A DNA stretch of 64,000 nucleotides from Eledone cirrhosa (Eukaryota). Below the pieces are notes generated by a model. That model saw only the letters and a list, made by a program, of their open reading frames with translations. It did not search any database and had not been told where the DNA came from. Within the stretch, counting starts at the first letter, position 1. The number at the start of each line of letters is the position of its first letter. This document shows, piece after piece, positions 38,173 through 51,241 of the stretch. The stretch is from positions 30,752,001 through 30,816,000 of the forward strand of contig OZ024748.1 in assembly GCA_964016885.1 (NCBI GenBank), in the 5' to 3' direction. The position numbers were made by a program, and so were the translations under genes.

Positions 38173-39010
38173 ATTATACTTAAGTATCAATTTAAAGGCC
38201 TGTGGCTGAGAGGTTAGAGAATTGGATTCACATTCATCACCCTTGAGCAAGACACTTTATTTCACATTACTCCTTCTGCCAAGAGTTGCGACTGGAAGAT
38301 GGTATTAGCAATGGAAAAACAAATGGAAACATTGTTTCCTTGATCCAGTCTGACAAGTTCCACCCCACTTGCTAAGTGAATGGGGTCTGGGATCTTGTTG
38401 ATCATCTTTAAAAAGAAAATCAAATTAGATACAATACAAAATAAAATACTGAGTTGTGAGAGTCCATATCATTCACATATGAATGTAGTCTCCCCTTTTC
38501 ATATATACATGATTATATAATAATAAAGAAACAGTTTTGCATCATATATGATTATTTATAATAATATATATACATTAGGAGGGTCATGTTGCCAATAATA
38601 TATATATATATAATAAAATATATATACAATTATATATATATTCAATTATACATATATGATTATATATAATAATATATATAGGATTATATATATATAATTA
38701 TATATATACAATTATATATATACAATTATATATATATTATTATATATGATTATATATATATATAATTATATATATACAATTATATATATGCAATTATATA
38801 TATATACGTTTCTGAATTTGTTTAGCAAGATTCTTTATCTGAAATCGTGTGTTGAAACCGATATTGTTATACTTTGGGAGGATCATGTTGCCAATAAGAA
38901 ACACACGCACCAGTTGCTTTCACTTCAATTTATTATATATTTATAAATTTACAAATCTATAAATTTCTGGTTGGTTGGTTGGTTCCACAACCAGATAGTT
39001 GTTTATATAT

Positions 39011-39055
39011 AGTCATAGTCCTTTCGTCACACACTCTGTGACCTCTTCAGTGACT
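39011..39055 (-). ncRNA. Type I hammerhead motif in a solo pseudo-LTR-like piece (38820-39350) related to 27650-28170
   Basis: agtca CTGAAGA g-gtcaca-gagtg-tgtgac GAAA gga CTA tgact. Confidence 0.7.
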
Positions 39056-39505
39056 GGGGATTCTTTTCTTTGTTTCTGTGCCTTTCCTTTCTTCTGTCCT
39101 ACGCCATTTTGTTTCTGTGTGTGTGTTGTGTGCTCAGTTTGCGCATGCACCACATCCGGGTGTCTGTGTGTGTTTATGTTCATTTATCTATTTGTTTATT
39201 TATTTATTTATTTACATGTTATTGGTTGGTTGTTTGTTCTATGTGTGTGTGTGTTTTCATTTTGTCCTTAATTGTAAGTTGTGATGTTGCTGTTCCACTC
39301 ATATTTTCTATTTAATTTTGGTTGTAATTCTTTTATGTTTATTGCCTCTGTAATATATATATACGAGTAAAGTATATATATACGATTATATATATAATAA
39401 TATATATATGATTATATATAATTATATGTATACAATTATACATATATATATATATATATATAAGATTATATATATAAGATTATATATATATAATTATATA
39501 TATAC

Positions 39506-40438
39506 AAGGAAAACCGTGATATTGTCGGGGAGAAGTGTGTCCGTAATGATGATGGTGTACTTGCCCTCACTGATGCTGATAAGAAGGGAGCTTGGAAGTG
39601 TCCCTACGAGAGACTACTAAATGAGGAGAATAAATGGGAAAAAGATAGTCTGCACCAAATCGATCCAATAGAGGGACCAGCGGTGCAGGTTGGTTGTATA
39701 ATAAGTAAGGCAATCAAAGATATGAAGACAGGCAAGGCAGCTGGGCCTTCGGAGATAGTTGCTGAGATGTTGAAAGCATCTGGAATGGTGACTATGGTCA
39801 CCCGGATAGTAAACCAAGTAATACAGAATGGGGTCATACCAAATGACTGGCATAGCAACAGCATCGTTAACTGTTACAAGGGTAAAGGAGATGCTCTAGG
39901 TAGGGGAAACAGAAAGAGTTATAGCACACTCAGAGAGTGAATTGATCTAGATGAAATGCAGATTGGGTTTGTGTCAGATAAAAGTACCACAGATGCTCTT
40001 TTCCTTGTACGACAACTACAGGAGAAGTACCTAGCTAAAAGTAAACCCCTCTACTTAGCTTTTGTTGACTTGGAGAAAGCCTTTGACAGAGTCCCACGCT
40101 CCATTATTTGGTGGGCCCTTAGAAAGCTAGGAGTAGATGAAGAGCTATACAAGCCATGTATAAAGATACTGTCAGTAAGAATTCACAATGAATATGGTGA
40201 ATAATTTAGCGTAAAAGTCGGTATTCATCAAGACTCTGTACGTAGCCCCCTCCTATTTATTATTGTCCTTCAGGCTAAAACAGAGGAGTTTAAGACTGAC
40301 TGTCCATGGGAGCTTCTATATGCAGATGATCTAACTCATAGCTGAATCTATGGCTGAATTAGAGAAGAAATTCCAACATGCTTTGTGGCCGGCATATGGC
40401 TAGCAAAGGAAATGCAGACATTAAAACGATGATGATGA
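39506..40438 (+). mobile_element. Decayed RTE LINE fragment starting at a TA-rich tract
   Basis: KAAGPSEIVAEMLK, FVDLEKAFDRVP; same family as 56959-60466. Confidence 0.9.
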
Positions 40439-40805
40439 ATATCAGAAATTATTTAATTATTTAATGTTATGAATGAATTAAAAATAAGTATAAGGTGAGA
40501 CATGAACAAAATTTCTCAATGATGAAATAATGGTTTTTGATTTAGACATAAGGACAACAATATTTTTTGGAGGGGGGAGGAAAGTCGATTAGATAGACCC
40601 CGGTGTGTTACTGGTATTTTATTTTATCAACACTGCAAGGAAGAAAGGCAAAGTTAACTTTAGCAAGATTTGAACTCAGAACATAAAGGAACATAGCTAT
40701 ATGCTGGCCACAAAGCATGTTGGCTAACTCTCTACCGATACTGACAATCCACAACTCTAAATAATATGATAAAATAATAAAATAATAAAACAGTTGAATA
40801 CTTAC

Positions 40806-40898
40806 TATAATAAAAAGATTGCCCAGCGACTGATTTGAAGTCACAATGACGAGGATGAATCCCTTGCAAATATTGAGGAAGATATAGAACCAAGGGAT
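40806..40898 (-). CDS. Gene B linker exon (93 nt, phase 1-1)
   Basis: acceptor ttattctctgcag, donor gtaagt; PLVLYLPQYLQGIHPRHCDFKSVAGQSFYY aligns with LQEINSKGCGLK of exon 5046-5141. Confidence 0.7.
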
Positions 40899-40919
40899 CT
40901 GCAGAGAATAATGATATAA

Positions 40920-41760
40920 AATATATTAAAGAATCCTTAATGAAATGGAGCTACAACCAATCATTGAAGAATTTGACAACCTTATTACCATGAAAGAACT
41001 TGAGACAGCACTCAAAAACACTAAACTCAAGAAGAGTCCCGGTCCTGATGGAATAGTCCTAGAAGTTTTAGTTCATAGTGGCAATGCCTTGAGAACATCT
41101 CTGTTTTCTATTTTTAATTAGTTCTGGATCTCAGAAAGCTTACCATCTGATCTTGTTGATGCTAACATTTCTATTCTTTTTAAGAAAGGTGATCATAGTC
41201 TTTGTGCAAACTAACATGGCATATCATTGCTTAGCGTGGTTGGGAAACTCTTTGCCAACATCATACTCCAGAGACTACAATGACTTGCTGAAAAATTCCA
41301 CCCTGAATCACAATCTGGATATAGGAGGTACCAATAGAAGTACCATAGACAGTATCCTCACCTTACTTCAAATTATGGAGAAACACAGAAAACAACAATG
41401 TAATTTACACATCGCCTTTATAGACTTCCCCAAGACTTTTGACTGCATTAATTGAGAACTACCTTTCGAAATCCTGAGAAAGCATGGCTGTCCAGCTACA
41501 TTTGTTAGCATCATTAGGACTCTATATTCAAATATGAATGCTAGGCTTATTATAGATGGTGAATTGTCAAACCTTATCAACTACAATAGTGGGGTGAAGC
41601 AAGGCTGCAAACTTGCCCCTACTCTATTTGGGCTCTATGCTGCTGTGCTGCTCTTTATAGCCTTCAAAGAATTCAGTTCCTCACACAGCATCAATGTACA
41701 CTTTAGATATGATGGTTATACTTTAGATCTGCATTGTCTCAAGTTCAACATATGCATATA
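40920..41760 (+). mobile_element. Decayed RTE/BovB-like LINE RT fragment (different family)
   Basis: KSPGPDGI, GISLLSVVGKLF, FIDFPKTFD, GVKQGCKLAPTLF. Confidence 0.8.
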
Positions 41761-41784
41761 TGAGATACATCTCAGTGTTAATAA

Positions 41785-41945
41785 CATGTAGTGTTGGTAT
41801 CACATAGTGTTGGTACCATGTAGTGTTGGTATCATGTAGTGTTGATACCATGTAGTGTTGGTACCATGTAGTGTTGGTAACATGTAGTGTTGGTACCATG
41901 TAGTGTTGGTACCATATACTGTTGGTTCCATGTACTGTTGATACC
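41785..41945. repeat. 16-bp minisatellite
   Basis: catgtagtgttggtac repeated ~10 times. Confidence 0.9.
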
Positions 41946-42999
41946 TCCTAGTCCTAGTATCATGGAAAAAGCACACAGGTAACGATTGTGGTGCCATGAG
42001 AAAATGAACTCAGTTCATGCCATAAAATGGTTGGCATTAGGAAGGGCATCCAGCCCAGAAACCATGCCAAAATGTAATGTATGAGCTAGACGCAGTCACC
42101 TGACCTGTTTGTCTGGCCACCAAACCTGACAACCCATCACATTAAATAGGCATAAAATGTTGATGATGATGACCCACGTCTAGTTTCATTTGAAGATGTG
42201 TAATGTCCTTGAACAAGTCACTTTATTTCACGTTCCTCTTTCTGCCAGGATTTACGACTAGTAGACAGAATCAGCAATTGGAAAGACCAGTGGAAACCTT
42301 ATTTCTTTAATCCGATTTGATGAATTCCACCCCACTCTGTAAGTGAGTGAGTTCTGGGATCTTGCTGATTGATTAAAACAAAAGAAGTGAAATACCATTG
42401 AAATGACCCTGGTTCTAAATTATATTTAATGGTATATGATACTATCTCAATAAGTAGAGAATTATGTTCAATGGTAAACATATGATACTATCTCTCCTTC
42501 CTTCTCTTTCTCTTCCCATCCATTTCTCTCTATACCTTCCTCTTTCTCTCTTTCTTTCTGTTTGTCTGTCCAACTCTGTTTTATTTTCAGTATCTCTCTA
42601 CATCTCTCTCCCTCTCTCTCTCTGTCTATCTATCTTCATCTCTCTCTTTTTGTCTATCTGTCTGTCTGTCTGTCTTTCTCATTCTCTCTCTATATATATA
42701 TCTCTCTCTGTCTATCTATCTACATCTTTCTCTTTCTGTCTATCTGTCTGTCTTTCTCTATCTCTCTCTCTCTATCTCTGTATCTGCCTGCTTGCTTGTT
42801 TGTCTTTCTCTCACTCATCTTTTCTCTATATATATATCTTTTTTCTCTCTATATATATCTTTGTGCCTTTCTGCTCCTTTCTGTTTCTCTGCATGTTTGT
42901 CTGGTTGCCCAATCATCACCACCACCACTATCATCACCATCACCACCATATTTTTACCTGTTATTTAAGAAAGAAAATATATTAATATATGTCACTTAC

Positions 43000-43222
43000 T
43001 TCTTTTCACTCTCACCATTACGAAACCACTGGCAGAATAAAGATTAGAATCTGGTGCATCATTTTTTGAAAAATAGCAATTTTGGTAATTAATATCTGCT
43101 TTAAATGACATGCATTGGTTTTTACTCATACAGAACTTTACACAGTTTGACAAATTTCCACCAGCAGAACCCATTCATCAACTTGTTGAAGATAAATTCT
43201 AACGGGCAGGCTGATGTTACAT
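43000..43222 (-). CDS. Gene B PAN/Apple exon (223 nt; one extra base in aatGGGttct)
   Basis: acceptor ttatttcag, donor gtaagt; VTSACPLEFIFNKLMNG / SAGGNLSNCVKFCMSKNQCMSFKADINYQNCYFS; paralogous to exon 14181-14408 (CPLE...C...C.....C.SF.......CY.S). Confidence 0.75.
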
Positions 43223-43368
43223 CTGAAATAATTTCATATGAATCAACAAAAATATAAAGAATTTAAACCATTTAAATTTAATTTGTTTTTATTTTATTGT
43301 TATTGAATACAATTCCTAAGAAGAGTGCATTTCTGTTTCATCATCATCATCATCATCACAGTTTAATG

Positions 43369-43529
43369 CAGGGATTCCCAACATAAGGCGTGAATCCCAC
43401 AGAGGGAGGTGAAGGGCAGTCTAAAAATGATGTTAACTGAGAACAAACTTGAGGTTCTACCTTATTACTTTTACACCAACTTTAGTACACATTACTGGGG
43501 CATGATGCACAAAAGGTTGGGAACCACTG
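43369..43529. mobile_element. hAT (Charlie-like) MITE
   Basis: TIRs cagggattcccaac / gttgggaaccactg. Confidence 0.6.
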
Positions 43530-45380
43530 GGTTTTAACATCTATTTGTCATGCTTCTATGGGTTACATGGGTTGTTACATACTGTGGTTAGATTAGTCAG
43601 GTGAATACATCTTGCTTGTATGCTCCTTTTCTGGTATAATTTCTAAGGCTGGATACTCTTCTTAATGCCAACCACTTTACAGCATGAACTAGGACCATTT
43701 ATCATGATTCCAGTGACATCTCTCAGTCTTCTTCCTTACTTTCCATGAGAACTGTATGCCTAACATTTTTTTAATACCAAACTGCTTGAAACTGCCCTGG
43801 ATTTACTGGCTGCTTTTTGTTGTGACATCATATCATCTTGCAGGGCAGATATGTTAGAAATACCATCTAAATAATGAAATAATTAACAATTTTAATCAAT
43901 CCCTCCAAATTCTTCATTAATTAATTGAAATACAGAGTATTTCATTAGAAATATTGCAATGAAAGTGTTAAAGTTCCATCTTCATAAAGCATATCAAGAG
44001 CAAGTCAGTTCATTTTTCAATAGTATCTATCTACAACCTTTCAAAGTAAATAAAAATTTGCATGTCTTTCTATATGATTGTATGTATTTCATGGTTAATC
44101 CTTTCATTACCATATTTCTGATATAATACACTCCCTATGATTTTAAAGTAAATTTGAAAATAACCAAACATTTGTGGAAATCAATTAAATAACCAATTTT
44201 TTCACTCTCAAGTCCATCTTGAGCTGCGAGGCTCATCAGGCTGTTACTTATCCCATTTTCCATGGCATTAAGCGACAGAGAGGTCAAGACTCCCCCTTGA
44301 ACAAGACACCAGTCCATCACAGAGTTAAATCCCTAGCTAATTCTGGTACTCATTTTCAGCTGAGTATACTAGTGTTTTTTGCCCAAGAACACACCACACA
44401 ACCCAGTCCAGGAATCAAACCCATGACATTATGGTCATAAGTACAAAGACTCGTGCCTTCACAAGGTTTTTCATTCATAAGCTGATATTTAGAACATTAC
44501 TTGACATAAATTTCTAAATGTTTTGTATCCTAAATCCAGGGGGGTTTCAGGCATTTTGGTATCAAAAGTGTTAGCATATAGTTCTCATGGAAAGTAAAGA
44601 AGACTTTGACAGATTTGCTTCTGTTTATTATTGTTATTTAAAAAAATATATAATTTGAAGGAAATGAAACAAAATTGACTTCAAAGAAATTTGTACTTAA
44701 TATGAATGAAGCATGGAACTGGATGTAATAAATCATACCATAACTACATGTCATTAGTACCTGCCAATTGTAATACTCTAGTAATTTCTTGCATATGTAC
44801 AAGCCTAGCCTTCATAAGAGTTAGAGCAGATTGATTTCACGCTATTATATGATTCGAATATCAATATTTAAACCAAGAAGTACAAAACTACATAGTGTCG
44901 CATTTTTTTTTATGCTCTACTACTTCCTCATAACACCTTGCTTTAGATTTAGGAAGTCAAAGTGATTGAAATATTGTGGCTTTGTTCTCTCTCTCAACAT
45001 ATTTAATTTAGGTTTTTGGACTAAACTCACTGAAAACTTTTTCTATCCAGCTATCTAGAAAGTAAAGCTATCATACTCTTAAATATAATTATCTCCTCAC
45101 AAATTACACGCCCCACCTCTAAAAAAACCCGACTATTTCACTAAGAAATAAATCTTTAATCACCAACATACTTCAACTACAGGCTTACTGAAATGCTATA
45201 TTATCTCTCCTTATTCTACAGCAATGACCACAATTCTCCCACATCTGAACACGTACCAGTCAAGTACTGGGGTTGATACTTCCTCTGTATCTCTTCCTCA
45301 CTTCCATTCTCTCATTCTTTATCCTTCTCTGGAAGAAATCTGTTGAGGAGATGGAATCCATCAGGTTTAAAAAATGCCCT

Positions 45381-45608
45381 AGAGATCCACAGACATGGGA
45401 CTGGTTAAAAAAAGGGGACCTCAAGAAAGCTACAGAGGGAATGCTACTGGCTGCACAGGAGCAAACCCTAAGAACGAAGTGGATGAAATATCATATTGTC
45501 AAGGAGGAAGCTAGCCTGCTTTGTAGGATATCTGGAGAGAGAGAAGACTCATATCGTATCTAAGTGTAAACTCCTGGCCCAGACTCATTATACGGGATGG
45601 AGGCATGT
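45381..45608 (+). mobile_element. Diverged fragment of the R4/Dong-like family
   Basis: RDPQTWDWLKKGDLKKATEGMLLAAQEQ matches 47316-47550. Confidence 0.8.
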
Positions 45609-45804
45609 TATTATACAGTTTTCCACCTCCTCCAATTTACAGGCACATACTCAGAGCAGGCTCATTCACTTGGGTCATGCTTGCCTCACTCACTCATCTT
45701 TCAACAAATTGCTGGGAAGTGAGCACTTCCCTCTCCACCCTGATTTTCCTTTTCAAATGAAATTTGAAAAAGTTAATCAGGACATCACCGAAGAAAGGAT
45801 GATG

Positions 45805-45862
<58 letters not shown>

Positions 45863-45869
45863 TAATAAA

Positions 45870-48141
45870 CAAGCCAAAAAACTAACCAACTGGAAATCAC
45901 CAGGCCCAGATGGTGTGCAGGGGTATTGGATTAAACATTTAACATCCCTCCACCCGAAGCTGACGGCCATGTTCAATGACTGCTTGGTGTCGGGTGAGGT
46001 GCCAGAGTGGTTGACAAAAGGTACCACAGTTCTGATAATGAAAGACCGAATCAAGGGTAATGATGTTACCAACCATAGACCTATCACATGTCTGTCCGTA
46101 GTGTGGAAACTGTTGACGAGCATTGTGTCTGGGGAAATCTACCATCACCTCCACACAAACAACTTGTTACCGGATGAACAGAAAGGATGCCGAAAGAAGT
46201 CACGTGGTACAAAGGACCAGTTGCTTATTGATAAGATGGTAATGGGGAATTGCAGGAGGAGACACACTGATCTTGCCATGGGATGGATAGACTACAGAAA
46301 GGCATTTGACATGGTGCCTCATTCCTGGATCACCAAAAGCCTGGAGATCTTCAGGGTGGCAGATAACATCAGACAGTTGCTAGGCAGGAGTATGGGGTCC
46401 TGGGAGACAGAGTTGACATCAACTGGAGTATCCTTGGGAAGCGTGAAGATCAAGAGAGGTATCTTCCAGGGAGATAGCCTGTCCCCTCTGTTGTTTGTCC
46501 TTGCCCTGATGCCCTTGACCATTATGCTGCGAAAAGTGAGAGCAGGATACAAGTTGGGAAGGGGAGAGCTTACCATCAATCACCTCCTCTTCATGGACGA
46601 TCTTAAGCTCTTCGGGAAAAGTGAGAAGGAGTTGGATGTGCTTGTTGACACTGTCCGTATTTTCAGCAGTGATATATGTATGCAGTTTGGTATTGGTAAA
46701 TGTGGAGTCATTGTGATGAAGAGGGGTAGGTTGAGCAGAAGTAACGGGATCCAGATACCAACAGGTGAGATGATAAAGGAAATTGACTCTGAGGAAGGAT
46801 ACAAGTATTTGGGCGTTCTGGAGGCTGATGGCATAAAGAACAAAAAAATGAAGGAATTGTTAAGAACTGAATACATTCGGAGAGTAAGGAGCGTATTGAA
46901 GTCACATCTGAACAGCAGAAATGCCATAAGCGCAGTAAATTCCCGAGCTGTGTCTATTATTAGGTACAGTGCAGGAATTCTGAGATGGAATGTTGCTGAA
47001 CAAAAAGAAATGGATAGGAAGACTAGGAAGCTATTGACTATCTACAACATGTTCCACAAGAGGAGTGATGTCGATAGACTCTACCTAAGGAGATCTGAGG
47101 GTGGAAGAGGTCTTATCAGCATAGAGGACTGTGTTCGGATGGAGAAAAACAACCTATACAAATACGTGACCTATAGTAAGGAGCCACTGCTCAGAACTGT
47201 ACTGAAGGAGGGGACAGTAGGCCAGGGGATGTCCAAGGAGGAAATAACATCAAGGAGGAAGAGCAGCCTCAAGGGAAAATCCCTTCATAGTACCTTCTTT
47301 GAGAAAACTGAATTTAGAGATCCACAGACATGGAACTGGTTGAGAAGAGGAGACCTCAAAAAGGCTACAGAAGGAATGCTAATGGCTGCGCAGGAGCAGG
47401 CCCTCAAAACGAAGTGGTTGAAGCACCATATCTACAAGGAGGAGGCTAGCCCACTGTGCAGGATCTGTGGAGAGAGAGAGGAGACTGTGGCTCACATTGT
47501 GTCCGAGTGTAAACACCTAGCCCAGACCCACTATAAGGGCTGGAGACACGATGTGATGGGCAGGGTGATCCACTGGCACCTGTGCAAAGTAAACAGTTTA
47601 CCACATTCTGAGAAATGGTATGAGCATAGGCCAGAGGCGGTGATGGAGAACAATCAGGTGAAGGTGCTGTGGGATTTTAGGATACAGACGGACAAAAAAC
47701 TGGAACACAATAGACCTGACCTGGTGGTTGTGGACAAAGAAAAAAGATCATGCCTGATTGTGGATGTGGCCTGCCCGTTCGACACGAGAGTGCAAGAGAA
47801 GGAGAGGGAGAAAATTAACCGATACCAGGACCTAAAGTGGGAGGTGAAAAGGATTTGGAACTGCCATGAAGTCAAAGTGATCCCGATTGTCATAGGCGCA
47901 CTGGGGACTATCTCCAAAAGTTTCCAGGGATGGTTAAAGAAAATCGGCCCCTTCACGCTTTTTGGAACGCTTCAAAAGGCATGCTTGCTTGGAACAGCAA
48001 GAACCCTCCGATACGTCCTGAATATCTGAGGCTGCAGGTAGTGGCTTGATATTCAATCCAACGGACTTTCCAGTTAACCAACATCAATGACTGAGATTCA
48101 AGGAATAACAATAACAATAATAATAATAATAATAATAATAA
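45870..48141 (+). mobile_element. 5'-truncated R4/Dong-like non-LTR retrotransposon (RT + CCHC + restriction-like endonuclease) inserted in (TAA)n
   Basis: uninterrupted 704-aa ORF 45915-48029: WIDYRKAFD, GIFQGDSLSPLLF, FMDD, CRICGEREETVAHIVSEC, RH, RPDLVV...IVDVACP...EKINRY; (AAT)n on both sides. Confidence 0.9.
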
Positions 48142-49214
48142 TGGAAATTGAGAACTAAAACAATACCAGTGGTTGTAGGCGCTCTGGGAATGATACCTAA
48201 GGGGTCTAATGATTACTTATCGCAGATCCCAGGAAACCCGCGTATAGGAGAAATACAAAAGATAGTACTAATGGGAACTGCCCATATACTAAGGAAGATT
48301 CTGTCAATATAAGTACATCACAAGTCTAAACACTAAAGATGCATGTGTGAGTATGTATGTTCTTCCTTGAACATGGCGGACCTTGTTGTCTCTTGAGGTC
48401 ACTGGTTGTGACTTGGTGATAACTCGTATGAACATAAAGCAAGATAAATGCAACTGTAATAATAATAATAATAACAATAATGGAAGAAGACGCATGTAGT
48501 GGATAGAGTGTTATGGAATCGCTCTGGTAAGTTTTTGATTTTTTACATATTTAAAACAATTGTGATAGAATAATTCTTATTACAAATGGGATATAAGGCA
48601 CCAAATAATTCTTATTACAAATGGGATATAAGCCTTAGCTCTCAGGAAGTGAGAACCCATAACACCCTGGCATATGGCTCAAATATTTAATTTTGTATTC
48701 AAAATTTTATATTCAAAAAAGAAAATGGTTACAAATGGAAGAAAACCCCTGTGTACACTAAATACAACAGCCAAATAATGGCAATTTTACCACCACCAAT
48801 CAACCCCAGCACAATAATAATAATTATTATTGTATGCCGAGGTTAACTTTGCCTTTCATCCTTACGGGGTCGATAAAATAAAGTACCAGTAATGTACTGG
48901 GTAATTGCTGGCCTTGTGCCAAAAGTAGAAACAATTACTATTGTATCTCAAGTTTCCTGAAAATGTTTAGTTCAAATATTAAGGAAAGATGTCAACATGT
49001 ATATTAAACATAGGCAACAAACCACATAGCTACTGCTAACAAAAATACCAAACAAACACAACAATACATTGTAGTGGCTACAACATTTAGCCAGAGACAA
49101 ACCAACAGCGGCAACAACACCATTACTACAGTACCACTACCCCATCACCACCGCCACCACCACTCCATCATTGTTACCATCACTATTACCCCCACTACCT
49201 TCTGTTAACTTAAG

Positions 49215-49895
49215 AAAAGTTGATGGTGGTGATGGTGTTGATGATGGTGGTGATGGTGATGATGATGGTGGTGATGATGGTGGTGTGATGTTGGTGATGA
49301 TGGGGGGGAAGGTGGTGATGATGGGGGGAAGATGGTGATGATGGGGGGAAGGTGGTGATGATGGGGGAGAAGGTGGTGATGATGGTGTTGATGATGGGGG
49401 TGATGATGGGGTGATGATGGTGGAAGGAGGTGATGATGGGGTTGATGATGGTGGTGATGATGGGGGGTGATGATGGGGGAAGGTGGTGATGATGGTGTTG
49501 ATGATGGTGGTGATGATGGGAGTGAAGGTGGTGATGATGGTGTTGATGATGATGGGGGAAGGTGGTGATGATGGTGTTGATGATGGTGATGATGGTGGTG
49601 ATGATGGTGTTGATGATGGTAGTTATGATGGTGGTGATGATGGTGGTGATGATGGTGGTGATGGTGGTGGTGATGGTGTAAATGATGGTGGTGATGATGG
49701 TGGTGATGAAGGTGATGATGGTAGTTATGGTGGTGATGATGTTAGTTATGATGGTGATGATGATGGTGTTGATGATAGTAGTTATGATGGTGGTGGTGAT
49801 GATGATGATGATGGTGGTGATGATGGTGGTGATGATGGTGGTGATGATGGTGGTGATGGTATTGATGATGATGATGGTGGTAATGATGATGGTGG
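49215..49895. repeat. (GAT/GGT)n low-complexity repeat
   Basis: trinucleotide runs. Confidence 0.9.
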
Positions 49896-50134
49896 TGAAG
49901 GTGTGTGGCTTAGTTGTTAAAGTGTTGAGCTTATGATCATAGACATACAGTTGTTTGTTGCTCCAGTCCAATCAGCTGCAAACAATTAGTTGTAACAGTA
50001 ATTCAAAGAACCAACCTTGTTACACACTGTGTCATGCTGAATCTCCCTGAGAATTACATTAAAGTTACATGTGCCTGTTTAATTTCATGAGCAGGCTGCT
50101 CCATTGATTGAACAACTGGAACACTCATTTAAAC

Positions 50135-50321
50135 CAGGCATGCCAAACATGCAGCCCTTTACAAACACGCCTGCAGCCCGCACAAAGATTTTTACAGTGC
50201 AAGCGTAATATAAAATAAAAATATTAGTTGTAATGTACACAATTAGTTGTCATGTGTGGCCCTCAGACAAAACATATGTGACCCATGTGGCCCTCGGGTG
50301 ATCCTCAGTTTGACAAGCCTG
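50135..50321. mobile_element. hAT (Charlie-like) MITE
   Basis: TIRs caggcatgccaaac / gtttgacaagcctg; degenerate 8-bp TSD atttaaac / atctaagc. Confidence 0.7.
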
Positions 50322-50495
50322 ATCTAAGCCCCCCTGAAGTCCAACAACAATAACAATAGCAATAACAATAACAACAGCAACAATATCAACAACTACAACA
50401 ATAATAAAATAGATTAAAAAATTAATATCACTAAGATAAAATTCTTTTTTTTTAATGTAAATATCTGAATAGAAATGTCAGAATTGTTAACTTAC

Positions 50496-50532
50496 GAAAA
50501 CATATTGATAATCTGGAATATATTTTGTACAT
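50496..50532 (-). CDS. Gene B candidate first coding exon
   Basis: MYKIYSRLSICF plus 1 nt, donor gtaagt; joins as MYKIYSRLSICFHVTSA-CPLE; size and phase resemble gene A exon 1. Confidence 0.4.
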
Positions 50533-50679
50533 GTTTGAAAATGGTTTCACAATGAAATCTGGAGTGATCTGGTTTAACGTGAATAGTTAACAGGAAATAA
50601 GAATACAATCAACATTTTTATATACAATGTAATCTTTATTGGATCTTTATTGTCACAGAGTTTAATCATCCACAGCATC

Positions 50680-51075
50680 AACACCACCACCACCAACACT
50701 ATACCACCACCACCATCACCACTACCACCACCAGCACCAGCACCAACACCACCAACACCACCAACACCACCATCAACACTGCCATCACCACAACCACTGC
50801 CACCACCACCATCACCACCACCACTGCCACCATCAACACCACTACCACCACCATCAACATCACCGTCACCACTACCAACACCACCACCACCACGACCACC
50901 ACAACTACCACCATCAACACCACCACCACCACCACCACCACTGCCACCATCACTACCACTACCACCACTACCAACACCACCACTACCAACACCACCACTC
51001 CCACTACCACCATCAACACCACCACCACCACCACTACCACCACCACCACCATCAACACCACTGCCAACACCACCA
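50680..51075. repeat. (CCA)n low-complexity repeat
   Basis: trinucleotide runs. Confidence 0.9.
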
Positions 51076-51159
51076 ATATTATATATGAAAATTGAGAAAA
51101 AACTCTAATTATGGGAGTATAAACAAGATAGACAAAAATGTATTCGCTTATATATAAAT

Positions 51160-51241
51160 CTCTCTACCATGGTTTCATACCAGGAAGAATTCTTATTGGA
51201 ACCACCAATAATTAAAGAATCTGCTATACTCTTCAGCGGAG
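51160..51241 (-). ncRNA. Decayed hammerhead motif with extended stem II; inverted copy at 51438-51517
   Basis: CTGAAGA gtatagcag...ctggtat GAAA ccatg GTA gagag; palindromic stem III ACCATGGT; stem I weak. Confidence 0.5.

Noticed and set aside
44761-44795. Possible extra gene B exon (MQEITRVLQLA|gtacta)
   Set aside because: Weak donor, no acceptor or homology support
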